A DNA stretch of 64,000 nucleotides from Candidatus Kapaibacterium sp. GTDB taxonomy: Bacteria; Bacteroidota; Ignavibacteria; Palsa-1295. Under the pieces are notes generated by a model. It made no database searches and was not told the origin of the DNA. It saw nothing but the letters and a program-made list of their open reading frames with translations. Below, in pieces: positions 21,465 to 31,495 of the stretch. Position 1 is the stretch's first letter; every line of letters starts with the position of its first letter. Both the position numbers and the translations under genes were made by a program. The stretch is taken from assembly GCA_038240295.1 (NCBI GenBank), contig JBBSDW010000001.1, forward strand, positions 24,875 to 88,874. Direction: 5' to 3'.

Positions 21465-21839
21465 CTATTCGAGGTCTCCTACGATGAACGAGAGGAGGAT
21501 TCCTCCGTATGTCTGCGTGTGATTGCTGACAAAGCCGGTAAGTTCAAAGCCAGCGAGATCCGAGAGTTTATATCCGAAGATTGCTTGCGCCGTTCCTCCG
21601 AGTCCAGAAAGCTCATAGGAATATTGTAGCGTTCGGGGTCCGCCCGGCGGGGTGTAGTAGCTGTCGACGGTAGCCCTTGTATAATTAGGTCCGGCTGCGA
21701 TCGTAGCCCAAAAGTCTCCTTGACGCAAGGTTGCGCCCCATTCAAGGCCGACTAAAGCTCGCAGCACGAAAAAGCTCTGCCGAATTTTTCCGAAGTCCGA
21801 AGGTAGACGTATACCGGAGCACGAGCGTTTGCCAGTCAT
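21465..21839 (-). CDS. Hypothetical protein (Gly/Tyr/Thr-rich); last gene of the interrupted-sigma operon
   Basis: ORF whose start overlaps the upstream gene's stop by 4 bp (ATGA). Confidence 0.35.
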   Translation of the reverse strand: MTGKRSCSGIRLPSDFGKIRQSFFVLRALVGLEWGATLRQGDFWATIAAGPNYTRATVDSYYTPPGGPRTLQYSYELSGLGGTAQAIFGYKLSDLAGFELTGFVSNHTQTYGGILLSFIVGDLE

Positions 21840-22543
21840 GGTGAACCTCGACCTGTATACCCCCCTCCTGTCGTATTCAGCGAACTCATGACAATACCCG
21901 CCTGGAGCCCGGCGCTGAACTGAAATCGAGACGGAGTTAGAGCTGTACTGTGATGATCTACGACTGCTGCTGCCATTTGACGTGAGAACGCAGCAGTAGA
22001 CGCGGAGTCTGATTCGCCCGCTCTCGCATTTTGATCAACAATGTCTCGGTTCTTTGCCGGGGCGTTAGTTGCCCGGATGTTGCTCGACTGTCCATTCAGC
22101 TTGGAAGAGGGATCGCCAATTCCCACCGAAGGCACTCCTGTATCCTGAGCGCGCGTCGAAGTCTGGATCCAATTCCTATTAGATCCACTTATCGGCTTAA
22201 CATGTGATCGAAACTTCGGTAACACGCCTGCACCAAGTTTGAGACTGGACGAAGCTATTGCGTCCAGGTTCGAAATCGGATCGACGCCCTGCTCTTGACT
22301 CGGCATGAGGATGTGTTGCGCGGAGCTCGATGTTATAAATCGCCGCCCCAGTGGCGCGCTTCCAATGAAACGGACAACGAGCACCATCGCAACAGCCAAT
22401 CCACCACACACAAGAACAAGAGGCCGCTTAGACCTTGGGGTCACGGTGTTTTTACGAACGAACGATCGAAGGTCGGCCAGAGATACGGCAGCGTTGTCGG
22501 CGCGCAGGGGCAGGAAAATATCTCCGCTATTTGTAAAAGACAT
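21836..22543 (-). CDS. Membrane-anchored hypothetical protein, possibly an anti-sigma factor
   Basis: One TM helix (LVLVCGGLAVAMVLVV) followed by a Ser/Thr/Ala-rich periplasmic region. Directly downstream of the ECF sigma gene. Confidence 0.4.
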   Translation of the reverse strand: MSFTNSGDIFLPLRADNAAVSLADLRSFVRKNTVTPRSKRPLVLVCGGLAVAMVLVVRFIGSAPLGRRFITSSSAQHILMPSQEQGVDPISNLDAIASSSLKLGAGVLPKFRSHVKPISGSNRNWIQTSTRAQDTGVPSVGIGDPSSKLNGQSSNIRATNAPAKNRDIVDQNARAGESDSASTAAFSRQMAAAVVDHHSTALTPSRFQFSAGLQAGIVMSSLNTTGGGYTGRGSP

Positions 22544-22620
22544 GCGCTGACTTGCGTAAAATTTATCTGGTTATGCCAATTTCTGGATTTTCCATTTCAC
22601 CGTTGCGACTGGGGCATCGC

Positions 22621-23040
22621 TCATCCTGAACCGCCTTGCACGTCGCGAATCTCTTCGATCGAGAGTCCGCTAAATTCGAAGAGCATTAACGATTCACGCT
22701 GCGCCTCGGGCAGAGCGCTGAGCGCCTCCATGAGCAAGTCAAGATCGTGTGGGGACTCGGATGAGTCTTCGATGCTCGCATCACCGGCTTCAGATTCCGA
22801 TGCGAAAATTTTGTGACGCCAAACCTTTCGCTTGTGTATGCGAACCGCGATCGTAAAAAGAAATTTCCGGAATGCGAGTTGATCTTTAAGCTTTGAAAAG
22901 CTTTTGTGCGATGCAAGCACCGCGTCGCTCACAAGATCCTTAGCATCTTCGCGCGAGCGCGTAAGCCCAAGTGCGAAACGCCATAGTCACGCGCGACTTT
23001 CTTCGATCAGTTGCCAAAATCTTTCCTCTGTTTCGTGCAT
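22621..23040 (-). pseudogene. Small ECF sigma factor interrupted by an in-frame TGA (opal) codon
   Basis: Minus-strand translation from ATG at 23038-23040 gives MHETEERFWQLIEESRA, then TGA (plus-strand tca at 22987-22989), then LWRFALGLTRSREDAKDLVSDAVL...FRKFLFTIAVRIHKRK...ALSALPEAQRESLMLFEFSGLSIEEI in the same frame. Regions 2.1-2.4 and 4.2 are all present. The ORF track only detects the GTG-initiated distal 103 aa. Confidence 0.6.
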
Positions 23041-23190
23041 CTGGATTGTAGGTGACGCAGCGATGGAAAAAGTCGCAGAGGATTTGGATGTATGTTATGC
23101 TGGCATCTGGAATTCTCGCGCCTCAACCGCCCAACGACGGGATAGACTGCTTCCAGTGCGAGGCGAAGAAAGTACGCAAGTCATTTCACC

Positions 23191-24858
23191 TCAAATATTC
23201 GGCAAGATGTCGAAGTATTCGTTGTCTTCGTTGCTTCCGCCCTCACCCAAGCCAATTTCCTTCTCGGACTCGATGAACTCAATGTGCTCGATCCATTTGA
23301 CCATTTTGTATCCGAGTTGATTCTCCACTCGAAGCCTCAGCGGTGCGCCGTATTCAAGACCAAGCGGCGCTCCGTTCATCTCGTAGGCGAGGAGGCACTC
23401 TGGCTTAAGGACGTTGTCAATGCTCTGTGTGTCGTAATAGATGCCTCCGTACGGGCCTTCGCCAAACGAAAAGAAGGCGACGGTCCTGGCAGTAGCTGTT
23501 GGCTTTACCAAATCCACGATCGTTTTCATCGACACGCCTCCCCACTCTGCAATGCCAGACCACCCTTGAATGCAATGGTGCATCGAAATATGCTCCGCTT
23601 TACTAAGCGCTTCAAGATCCGAAAGCGACAATTGCATCGGCCGCTCCACCAAACCTCCGATCTTTAATTTGTAATCTCGAAAGCTTCCCGCGGCTAATTC
23701 TTTCCAATCTTCGCGGACAGGCCGTTTGCCGTTTGGCCAAAAATAAGGCGAAATCTGCGCTTTGGTATATCGCTCGCTGGGATCGAGTTTGTTGAGCGTC
23801 GCGAGCCGGAGCGGTTGAGTGATCGTCTTTTGGAGGTGCTGCAACATTCGTGGATATTTCCAGGACGTATAGTGCGCAACGATCCAGCACGCTACCACAA
23901 CTGCAATACCGGTAAAGCCGAGAATCATCCCGAGCGGATTCAGATCGTTCGTGCCTCGAACAATGTGGTTCATGTTCTGAGTAAATCCAGTCAGGATAAC
24001 CAATGTTACATGAACGGCTAAGAACCCAACCCAACCGAGCATCATCAAAAAGTGGATCGAGCGTGCGCCTTGTCTTCCACCAAAGAATCGGAGAAACCAC
24101 GAAAAGCGATTCGCCATTGCCGGTGACATCGCCGCACCGGTAAGGATCGAGACAGGCGCAAATAAAAATATCGCTGCAAAGTACGCTAACTGTTGCAGCG
24201 CGTTATATCCATAAAAGCCGTTGGGTTCAGGCGGAAATTGGAAGTTCGCATAATGTACGAACGTGCTCCAGGCCTGCGGGAATACGACCCACGACGTTGG
24301 TACGACGCGCACCCACTGTCCAGAAATAAAAAGCATCGGGATGAAGATCAGCCCGGTGATGATGAATCCATAGACATCGATGAAGTGCCATGAGCGAGCG
24401 ACTCCGACCGTATGTCGATAGCCGGGCAGTGCAAAGATTGGTGAAATGTAACGATCATCGTCCTTGGCGGTCCACACGCGATCACGTGGTACCTTGAGGG
24501 GTGTGAAGCGAATCCATTCGGAATCGGGGGTGCAGCCATCGTTGAAATACAACCGTGGATGGTCCATAAGGATCGAAAGACCACTACGGACGAGCATCGT
24601 TAAAAAGAGAAAATTAAAGAAGTGCGCATACCGAACCCACACCGGAAACCCATGAGGGCCAATGGCAGATGCCTCGCTAAATTGAGGAACGAGAGGGATA
24701 TACGGCATCCCGAAAATAGCAACTTGCAGCCAGGCCACCACTAACACAAGAAGGATCAACAGTCCTACCCAGGTAAGAATCGATGGTCTGATCCAGATCC
24801 GAAATCGCCGGTCTGGTGGATAATAAACAGCTTTATGCGCTGCGTCGAAAGACATCAT
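23191..24858 (-). CDS. Fusion of a membrane b-type cytochrome domain with a sulfite-oxidase-family molybdopterin oxidoreductase domain (MsrQ-MsrP-like)
   Basis: N-terminal ~370 aa with multiple TM helices and conserved His residues. C-terminal Moco domain (MHHCIQGWSGIAEWGGV...LLAYEMNGAPLGLEYGAPLRLRVENQLGYKMVKWIEHIEF) resembles MsrP/YedY. Confidence 0.7.
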   Translation of the reverse strand: MMSFDAAHKAVYYPPDRRFRIWIRPSILTWVGLLILLVLVVAWLQVAIFGMPYIPLVPQFSEASAIGPHGFPVWVRYAHFFNFLFLTMLVRSGLSILMDHPRLYFNDGCTPDSEWIRFTPLKVPRDRVWTAKDDDRYISPIFALPGYRHTVGVARSWHFIDVYGFIITGLIFIPMLFISGQWVRVVPTSWVVFPQAWSTFVHYANFQFPPEPNGFYGYNALQQLAYFAAIFLFAPVSILTGAAMSPAMANRFSWFLRFFGGRQGARSIHFLMMLGWVGFLAVHVTLVILTGFTQNMNHIVRGTNDLNPLGMILGFTGIAVVVACWIVAHYTSWKYPRMLQHLQKTITQPLRLATLNKLDPSERYTKAQISPYFWPNGKRPVREDWKELAAGSFRDYKLKIGGLVERPMQLSLSDLEALSKAEHISMHHCIQGWSGIAEWGGVSMKTIVDLVKPTATARTVAFFSFGEGPYGGIYYDTQSIDNVLKPECLLAYEMNGAPLGLEYGAPLRLRVENQLGYKMVKWIEHIEFIESEKEIGLGEGGSNEDNEYFDILPNI

Positions 24859-25052
24859 TTGTTTGCGCGAAAAAGAGGTTTATGCGATCGAAATTAGCCC
24901 CGAGTTGGACGCGTTCCGAGACTTCGTGCAAACCCCACGGAATACCGGCCGCACATGCAATTTTCACGCCTCTCTTGCAAGCTACACCAAAACTTTTGCT
25001 TCGAGGGCGAATCACCACAACAGTGCGCGATGCATTTGAACGGTGAGGAAAC

Positions 25053-25466
25053 TTAGCGCGACGCGGTCGGGAGTATTCGCGCCTCGACTGCCATGCAATG
25101 ATCTTCTATATAGAAGATACCGGCCTCCTCCGAAAGCTTTTTTGACTCGGCGTTCATGATGCCCGATTGAAGCCATATCGCCATTGGCTTCGCTTTGCGC
25201 TTCAGCACATCGCGCACAACGTCCGGTGTCGCATCGCTCACGCGAAAGACATCGATAACATCGACCGCCGTCTCTTCGGGAATGGCCGAGACATAGGGGA
25301 AGGCTGGGATTCCTTCCCACTCTTTCAAACGAGGATTAACGGGAATGATCATAAACCCCTTTTGCTGCAACCGTTTTGCTACACCATAGCTCGGGCGATC
25401 GGGTTCGGCACTTAGGCCAACGATGGCGATCGTCTTTGCCGAATGAAGAAGCTCAGGGATGTCCAT
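25053..25466 (-). CDS. CoA-binding domain protein (YccU/YneT family)
   Basis: KTIAIVGLSAEPDRPSYGVAKRLQQKGFMIIPVNP Rossmann-like CoA-binding motif. Confidence 0.8.
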   Translation of the reverse strand: MDIPELLHSAKTIAIVGLSAEPDRPSYGVAKRLQQKGFMIIPVNPRLKEWEGIPAFPYVSAIPEETAVDVIDVFRVSDATPDVVRDVLKRKAKPMAIWLQSGIMNAESKKLSEEAGIFYIEDHCMAVEARILPTASR

Positions 25467-25475
25467 AGCAGAATA

Positions 25476-26555
25476 TTAGTGAGCGGTGACCTTTGGGGCC
25501 GTCTTTGTGGCCGACGCTCCAGTATAGGGCTCAATCAAAAGTGGCCGATCGAGCGCGTCGCCGATGCGTACAAGCTCGCAGACCATCTCTTCGAATAGCT
25601 CGAACGTCAGCGATTGTCCGCCATCACTCAATGCCCGATCGGGATCGGGATGGACTTCGACCATGACCCCGTCAGCGCCAGCCGCGATCGCAGCTCGTGC
25701 CATTGCATTCACGAATTCACGTTTGCCGGTACCATGAGATGGATCGACAAGGATCGGCAGATGCGAAAGTTTTTTAACGATCGGCACGGCACTGATGTCG
25801 GTAGTGTGACGAACGGCCGTCTCGAAAGTCCGAATGCCGCGTTCGCACAGGATCACATTCTGATTGCCGCCTGCCATAATATACTCGGCGGCCATGAGCC
25901 ACTCTTCGATCGTTGCGGCCGGTCCACGCTTGAGGAGGACTGGTCGATTGATATTCCCCAATTGGCGAAGCAACGGAAAGTTCTGCATGTTGCGTGCGCC
26001 GATCTGCACGATGTCGGTGAACTCGGCGATCGAGGGAACATGCGCTGGCTCCATCACTTCGCTTACTATATAGAGACCGAATTCCTGGGAGACCTTGCGG
26101 AGCATCTCAAGGCCATCGAAGCCCAATCCCTGGAATGCGTATGGTGACGTCCTTGGCTTAAATGCCCCGCCTCTGAGAAAACGTCCGCCCGCCTTCCGAA
26201 CGCATTCTGCAGTCCGGCGAAGCTGATCTTCTGACTCGACCGAGCAAGGACCCGCTATAACAATAGAAGGTGCGGTACCGCCGATACGTGTACCATCGGC
26301 AAAGGTGATCACCGTGTCTTCGGGATGCGCGGTGCGCGAAGTGAGTTTGTAGGGCGAACTTACACGAACAACATCCTGCACGCCTTCCATCGTGGACATC
26401 GACTGGACATCGAGCCCATTACTCGAGCCAATGATGCCGATGATGGTTTGCTGCTGTCCGGACATCCGCTCGACGTGGATGCCGAGCGAAGTGAGAAACT
26501 TGATTATTTGCGAGATATGGGCCTCACTCGCGCCGCGTTGCATTACAATGATCAT
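25476..26555 (-). CDS. aroF: 3-deoxy-7-phosphoheptulonate (DAHP) synthase, Thermotoga type with an N-terminal ferredoxin-like regulatory domain
   Basis: IAGPCSVES, KPRTSPY.FQGLG, LLKRG, LVDPSHGTG and MVEVHPDP motifs of the DAHP/KDO8P synthase family, plus a ~70 aa N-terminal regulatory domain. Confidence 0.9.
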   Translation of the reverse strand: MIIVMQRGASEAHISQIIKFLTSLGIHVERMSGQQQTIIGIIGSSNGLDVQSMSTMEGVQDVVRVSSPYKLTSRTAHPEDTVITFADGTRIGGTAPSIVIAGPCSVESEDQLRRTAECVRKAGGRFLRGGAFKPRTSPYAFQGLGFDGLEMLRKVSQEFGLYIVSEVMEPAHVPSIAEFTDIVQIGARNMQNFPLLRQLGNINRPVLLKRGPAATIEEWLMAAEYIMAGGNQNVILCERGIRTFETAVRHTTDISAVPIVKKLSHLPILVDPSHGTGKREFVNAMARAAIAAGADGVMVEVHPDPDRALSDGGQSLTFELFEEMVCELVRIGDALDRPLLIEPYTGASATKTAPKVTAH

Positions 26556-26695
26556 AGTGCCTGTCCGAACAAATACAGAGCCGCCAAAGATTTCCGTGAC
26601 GAAAAGCTGGATCGTACGCTGAATTATTATTCCTCAAAATTAAGCGTGTCGCAATAAAACGAGAGATTGCTCGTTTCACATCAACCCTTGGTGGC

Positions 26696-27370
26696 ATGAT
26701 TTTGTCTTGCCAGTTCGACAAATTCACTATTTTTTTCGCCATGCAAAAGAACACCGCCGCAACCCATTCACAAACCCATTCACATAAGAATAGCACCGCC
26801 CCTGCAAAGAATGGCACGACGCCCAAACCAGTTGCCAACGATGCTTCATCAAGCCCCGCACTCGCTAATGACACAGAGCCAGGTTTGCTCGAGCTTTTTC
26901 TCTCTGAGCTTCGCGACATCTACTGGGCGGAGAATCAGTTAGTAATGGCGCTCCCAAAAATGAAAGCTGCATCGACCTCGAAAAAGCTTGCGAAGGCAAT
27001 TAGTGACCATCTCGAACAAACCAAGGGTCATGTCACAAGGCTCGAGAAAGTCTTCCAGCTGCTCGGACAGCAACCCCGCGCGAAGAAATGCGACGCGATG
27101 GAAGGCCTGTCCAAAGAAGGCGAAGCCGTGATCGAATCGACAATGCCAGGTTCGGCAACCAGGGATGTTGGCATCATCATCGCCTCGCAAAAAGTCGAGC
27201 ATTACGAAATCGCTGCATACGGTGGACTGGCGCAGCTTGCACGCACGATGGGGCTTGAGGATGCCGTAGCCTTGCTCGAGCAAACACTCGCCGAAGAAAA
27301 AGCATCGGACTCGCTGCTTACGGACATCGCCGAGAACGACATCAACTATCAGGCTTCTAAAGAAGACTGA
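26696..27370 (+). CDS. Ferritin-like DUF892 (YciE/YciF family) stress protein with a low-complexity N-terminal extension
   Basis: ELFLSELRDIYWAENQL...HLEQTKGHVTRLEKVF...VEHYEIAAYGGL pattern of YciE/YciF proteins. Adjacent to catalase. Confidence 0.75.
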   Translation: MILSCQFDKFTIFFAMQKNTAATHSQTHSHKNSTAPAKNGTTPKPVANDASSSPALANDTEPGLLELFLSELRDIYWAENQLVMALPKMKAASTSKKLAKAISDHLEQTKGHVTRLEKVFQLLGQQPRAKKCDAMEGLSKEGEAVIESTMPGSATRDVGIIIASQKVEHYEIAAYGGLAQLARTMGLEDAVALLEQTLAEEKASDSLLTDIAENDINYQASKED

Positions 27371-27447
27371 CCTTACAACAATATCCGATGTGAGGCCTCA
27401 CGAACAGGCAGCCTCGGGATTCTCTGCATTCCAAAAATTTTACAAAC

Positions 27448-29658
27448 ATGGCCAAGAAAAAACCTGCAAAAGACACTTTGAATCCTGCCGTTGGCGATGG
27501 CGGCTCGTTCAATCCCGACAACGCGAAGACGATCGCATTGCAGCCGCACACATCCGACGCGACGGGGCAACGCATGACGACCGATCAAGGCGTGGCAATC
27601 AATGACGACCAAAACACGCTGAAGGCCGGCAGCCGCGGACCGTCGCTGCTTGAAGATTTTATCGTTCGTGAAAAACTAACGCATTTCGATCATGAGCGCA
27701 TTCCTGAACGGATCGTTCATGCACGGGGCTCAGGGGCGCACGGTGTGTTTCGAGTTTATAAATCGCAATCGGCGCTGACGAAGGCTGGGTTTCTGCAGGA
27801 TCCATCGGTCGAGACGCCAGTCTTTGTGCGTTTTTCAACCGTCGCAGGGTCGCGAGGCTCAACCGATCTCGCTCGTGACGTCCGAGGATTCGCAGTGAAG
27901 TTTTATACGCAGGAAGGCAATTTCGATCTTGTCGGCAATAACATGCCGGTCTTTTTTATTCAGGACGCTACGAAATTTCCGGATCTCGTTCATGCGGTAA
28001 AGCCCGAGCCGGACAACGAAATGCCCCAGGCAGCGTCGGCGCATGATACCTTCTGGGATTTCATCTCGCTCATGCCCGAGAGCACGCACATGATCATGTG
28101 GGTGATGAGTGATCGTGCACTGCCGCGAAGCCTGCGAATGATGGAAGGATTTGGCGTGCATACGTTTCGCATGATTAACAGGGCAGGCGAATCGAACTTT
28201 GTGAAATTTCATTGGAAACCGTTACTGGGAATGCATTCAGTCGCGTGGGACGAAGCGCAAAATATTTCAGGAAAAGATTCCGACTTCCATCGCCGCGATC
28301 TCTGGAATGCGATCGAGACCGGCAATTTTCCTGAATGGGAATTAGGCGTTCAGGTTGTGCCCGAGGCCGATGAGCATAAATTCGATTTCGATCTGCTCGA
28401 CCCAACGAAGCTCATTCCGGAAGAACTCGTGCCGGTCAAACTGATCGGGCGCATGACGCTCAATCGAAATCCCGACAACTTTTTTGCCGAGACCGAACAG
28501 GTCGCGATGCATATTGGCAATATTGTGCCGGGCATAGACTTCACGAATGATCCGCTCTTGCAGGGCAGGCTCTTTTCTTACACCGACACGCAGCTGATCA
28601 GGCTGGGCGGTCCAAATTTCCATGAGATCCCGATCAATCGACCTATCGTACCGGTACACAATAATCAGCGCGACGGGCACATGCGCCAAACGATCGATCG
28701 CGGTAAAACAAGTTATGGCCCGAACTCTATCGGTGGAGGCTGTCCGTTCCAGGTCGGCGCGGCTGATGGTGGATTTGTTTCGTATCCTGAAAGAATCGAC
28801 GCACACAAAATTCGCGAGCGCTCCGCGAGCTTCATGGACCACTTTAGTCAGGCAAAACTCTTTTTTAACAGTCAGAGTGAACCCGAAAAACAGCATATCA
28901 TCGATGCGCTCAGCTTTGAACTCGGGCATGTGCAGACGATCGAGATCCGTGAGCGTATGCTGCGCACACTCGCGCAAGTCGATAAATCACTGGCAGCAGC
29001 CATCGCGTTCAACTTGCGCCTAAGTGTGCCCAAGGAGATGCCTGTCAACCATAGCGTCCCCGCCGATGGAGATCCGGAGCACTATCGCTCGATCGTTCGC
29101 GAACCGGATCTTCCGATCTCGCCCGCGCTCAGCATGGCGAACACAAAAAAGGATTCGATCGCAACACGCACGATCGCGATACTCGCCGCAGATGGCGTAG
29201 ATGGTGGCTCGGTAAACGCAATGAAGGAAGCGATCATGGCCGCCGGCGCAGTACCGGAAGTGATCGCACCCCGGCAGAATTATATCATCGCCGAAGATGA
29301 CTCGCAGATTCCGGTCGCTAAAAGCTTTATGACGGCTGCTTCTGTTTTTTACGATGCAGTCTATGTCCCAGGCGGAATGCAGAGCGTTGCAACACTCGAG
29401 GCATGCCCCGAGGCGATCCATTTCCTAAACGAAGCATTCAAACATTGCAAGCCGATCGCAGCCGATCGATCCGCAATGCAAGTCATCGCCGCAACCTACT
29501 TTGCGAGAAAGCTGCCCGCAGAGTTCAACGAGTCAAGCGTGCTCACGGAGGGGATTGTTATCGGTGAGGATCCCGCCAAGCTTGCAAAACTTTTCATCAA
29601 AGCGATCTCTCAGCATAGATTCTGGGAAAGAGAAGCGCCGCGGAAAGTGCCTGCGTAG
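27448..29658 (+). CDS. katE: Large-subunit monofunctional catalase (HPII) with a C-terminal DJ-1/PfpI-like domain
   Basis: [62 protein letters not shown]. 736 aa in length. Confidence 0.95.
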   Translation: MAKKKPAKDTLNPAVGDGGSFNPDNAKTIALQPHTSDATGQRMTTDQGVAINDDQNTLKAGSRGPSLLEDFIVREKLTHFDHERIPERIVHARGSGAHGVFRVYKSQSALTKAGFLQDPSVETPVFVRFSTVAGSRGSTDLARDVRGFAVKFYTQEGNFDLVGNNMPVFFIQDATKFPDLVHAVKPEPDNEMPQAASAHDTFWDFISLMPESTHMIMWVMSDRALPRSLRMMEGFGVHTFRMINRAGESNFVKFHWKPLLGMHSVAWDEAQNISGKDSDFHRRDLWNAIETGNFPEWELGVQVVPEADEHKFDFDLLDPTKLIPEELVPVKLIGRMTLNRNPDNFFAETEQVAMHIGNIVPGIDFTNDPLLQGRLFSYTDTQLIRLGGPNFHEIPINRPIVPVHNNQRDGHMRQTIDRGKTSYGPNSIGGGCPFQVGAADGGFVSYPERIDAHKIRERSASFMDHFSQAKLFFNSQSEPEKQHIIDALSFELGHVQTIEIRERMLRTLAQVDKSLAAAIAFNLRLSVPKEMPVNHSVPADGDPEHYRSIVREPDLPISPALSMANTKKDSIATRTIAILAADGVDGGSVNAMKEAIMAAGAVPEVIAPRQNYIIAEDDSQIPVAKSFMTAASVFYDAVYVPGGMQSVATLEACPEAIHFLNEAFKHCKPIAADRSAMQVIAATYFARKLPAEFNESSVLTEGIVIGEDPAKLAKLFIKAISQHRFWEREAPRKVPA

Positions 29659-29691
29659 CACACATCGTGAATTGCAGAACGGACATGAATG

Positions 29692-29724
29692 CTCCCTCAC
29701 TCGTGAGGGAGTTTTTCATTTTGG
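29692..29724 (+). terminator. Rho-independent terminator after katE
   Basis: Hairpin ctccctcac-tcg-tgagggag followed by TTTTTCATTTT. Confidence 0.65.
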
Positions 29725-29845
29725 GTTAGAAGAATATCTTTCTTCGGTAATCTATAAAAATTGATGGTCAAATTACGACTTAACCCACATCCTGCCGATG
29801 ATCTCGCCTACAAGACTGAAATGTGAGTCTAGTATCGCCATATTT

Positions 29846-30040
29846 TCAGACGCCGACGACATCGATGTCCGAAAGCGTATCACCCAGGATCACAGCGGCT
29901 CCGAGCGCAGGCAGGTCATAGTTCGCACGATAGGCTGTCAAGAGCGAATCGAGCTTATGACGCGAGATCTCACCATGCTGTGCGAAGGCGATCGAAGGAA
30001 CACCGATGAGCAAAAAAATGAGAAGAGTGAAATGCTTCAT
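29846..30040 (-). pseudogene. N-terminal remnant (65 aa) of a beta-lactamase-family serine hydrolase
   Basis: Signal peptide MKHFTLLIFLLIGVPSIAFA, then LDSLLTAYRANYDLPALGAAVILGDTL, typical of the start of class C beta-lactamase-like hydrolases. Stops after 65 aa and no catalytic SxxK region follows. Confidence 0.4.
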
Positions 30041-30239
30041 TCGGCCAGTTACGCCATTCTTTAATCGAGGTTTCACGATAGGACGTGGCACAGTTGGCTG
30101 ACACCAAATCAAGCGCATCAAGCAAAAGGGATGCTCCTCAAAAGATGGAAGCCTCGTACATACACATCAAGCCTTCAACCTCTCAAGGAATTTTAGGACG
30201 AGACACCGATTCCGCTATTGCCTGCTGCCTATCCCCAAC

Positions 30240-30992
30240 TCACTTCTGCGCCACACTAAACGCATATCCGATTTGCGAATCAAGAGCGGCCTTGTTCCCG
30301 GCATCGCGCGGATCAAGCGGTTTGGAGGTTGAACCTTCAAAGACATTTTTGGCGTCTAAGCGAACGTCAACAGTATAACTGTGGCCAGCCAACATGTCAG
30401 CCATTGGTTGGATTGGCGTGATTACCCGTTGAGTGTTTGAGGTCTTGTAAATGAAATTCTGCGTCATGCCGGAGTTGTCTGTTAGTTGTCCTTCGATGAT
30501 AACGCTCGGGCGATCGGCCGTGGCAAAATCGGCAAACGCGGGATCCGAGAGGTGTCCACTTTCCGAGGCATCGAGTTGATGGAGATTGAAGGATATCTGA
30601 TTGAAAATGCCGGGAGGAATTGATAGCGAAGAAAACTGACCTGTATTGCCTGGCGTGAAATCGGCGATCCTGGATCCTACAGTGAAAGTATCAACCGTCA
30701 CAGTGCTCGTATCGACCAAGCTGCCAAAAAACATTGAGCCAATCAGCACCCGTACATGAGTGATCCTTATCGACTGCACAGTAGTACCGGAAGCTGGCGA
30801 GGCCGACTTTGAGCGAGTAGCTTGCAGTGTAGGGTTGAGTAAGTCGGTCGTGGCTGTTACATTCGCGGTCGTGCCACCGGTTGTATTAGGCCCGGTCGAA
30901 GAACTCGAACAACCTGGCATGAGCATGAACAGAATCGTCAACCCAGAAAGTACACGAACGCTGTGACCAAAGAGAATGGAAGTATTTTTCAT
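30240..30992 (-). CDS. Hypothetical lipoprotein
   Basis: Lipobox LMPGCSSSS with a Thr/Ser/Gly-rich linker and a beta-rich body. Confidence 0.5.
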   Translation of the reverse strand: MKNTSILFGHSVRVLSGLTILFMLMPGCSSSSTGPNTTGGTTANVTATTDLLNPTLQATRSKSASPASGTTVQSIRITHVRVLIGSMFFGSLVDTSTVTVDTFTVGSRIADFTPGNTGQFSSLSIPPGIFNQISFNLHQLDASESGHLSDPAFADFATADRPSVIIEGQLTDNSGMTQNFIYKTSNTQRVITPIQPMADMLAGHSYTVDVRLDAKNVFEGSTSKPLDPRDAGNKAALDSQIGYAFSVAQK

Positions 30993-31108
30993 AGTTGTAG
31001 GGAATGATCAAAAAAGAGAGCCACTACCTCTCGACAACGCAGCCGAAAAAGAGCAGAATGCTGAAGATCAACTGCGCACAAAGGTACAAAGTTCGAGCAT
31101 AGGCTGTT

Positions 31109-31495
31109 TCAAAGTTTCACGAAGCGAATGAAAAGGTCGTGCAGTACTTTTTCGGGGTCGCTCGTGATTCCCGAATGGCACGGGGACGTTTGAATGATCG
31201 TGCTGCGCGGCGCGACAAGCCAATGAAAGCGCTCGTGCTGTGGGAGTTCGCCGATGGCACCTGCCTCCGGTCCGCCGACACAGATGCGCGGGATCATCAA
31301 TAGATGCTCTTCAACTTCATGCAGATCGATCGTTGGAAATAGCGTCTGAATTCGCGGGGCATCGAGTTCGACGCGCGCAGCCAGATACTTGACAACGCGC
31401 GAATAGACGATCACGCCGACGTTGACGAATTCCTCGCGCTCGACTCGCGGCACTACGCGAACGATCGCGTACTCATACGAGCTTTGCTCGAGCAT
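31109..31495 (-). CDS. DUF3037-domain protein; partner of the HipA-like kinase
   Basis: 128 aa protein (YEYAIVRVVPRVEREEFVNVGVIVYS...HERFHWLVAPRSTIIQTS) matching the conserved DUF3037 pattern. Overlaps the kinase gene by 23 bp. Confidence 0.55.
   Translation of the reverse strand: MLEQSSYEYAIVRVVPRVEREEFVNVGVIVYSRVVKYLAARVELDAPRIQTLFPTIDLHEVEEHLLMIPRICVGGPEAGAIGELPQHERFHWLVAPRSTIIQTSPCHSGITSDPEKVLHDLFIRFVKL

Noticed and set aside
22987-22989. Possibility that the in-frame TGA encodes selenocysteine or tryptophan
   Set aside because: No SECIS-like hairpin is obvious immediately 3' on the minus strand. Other genes in the window appear to terminate normally at TGA, so a reassigned code is unlikely. 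It is treated as a nonsense codon or sequencing error.
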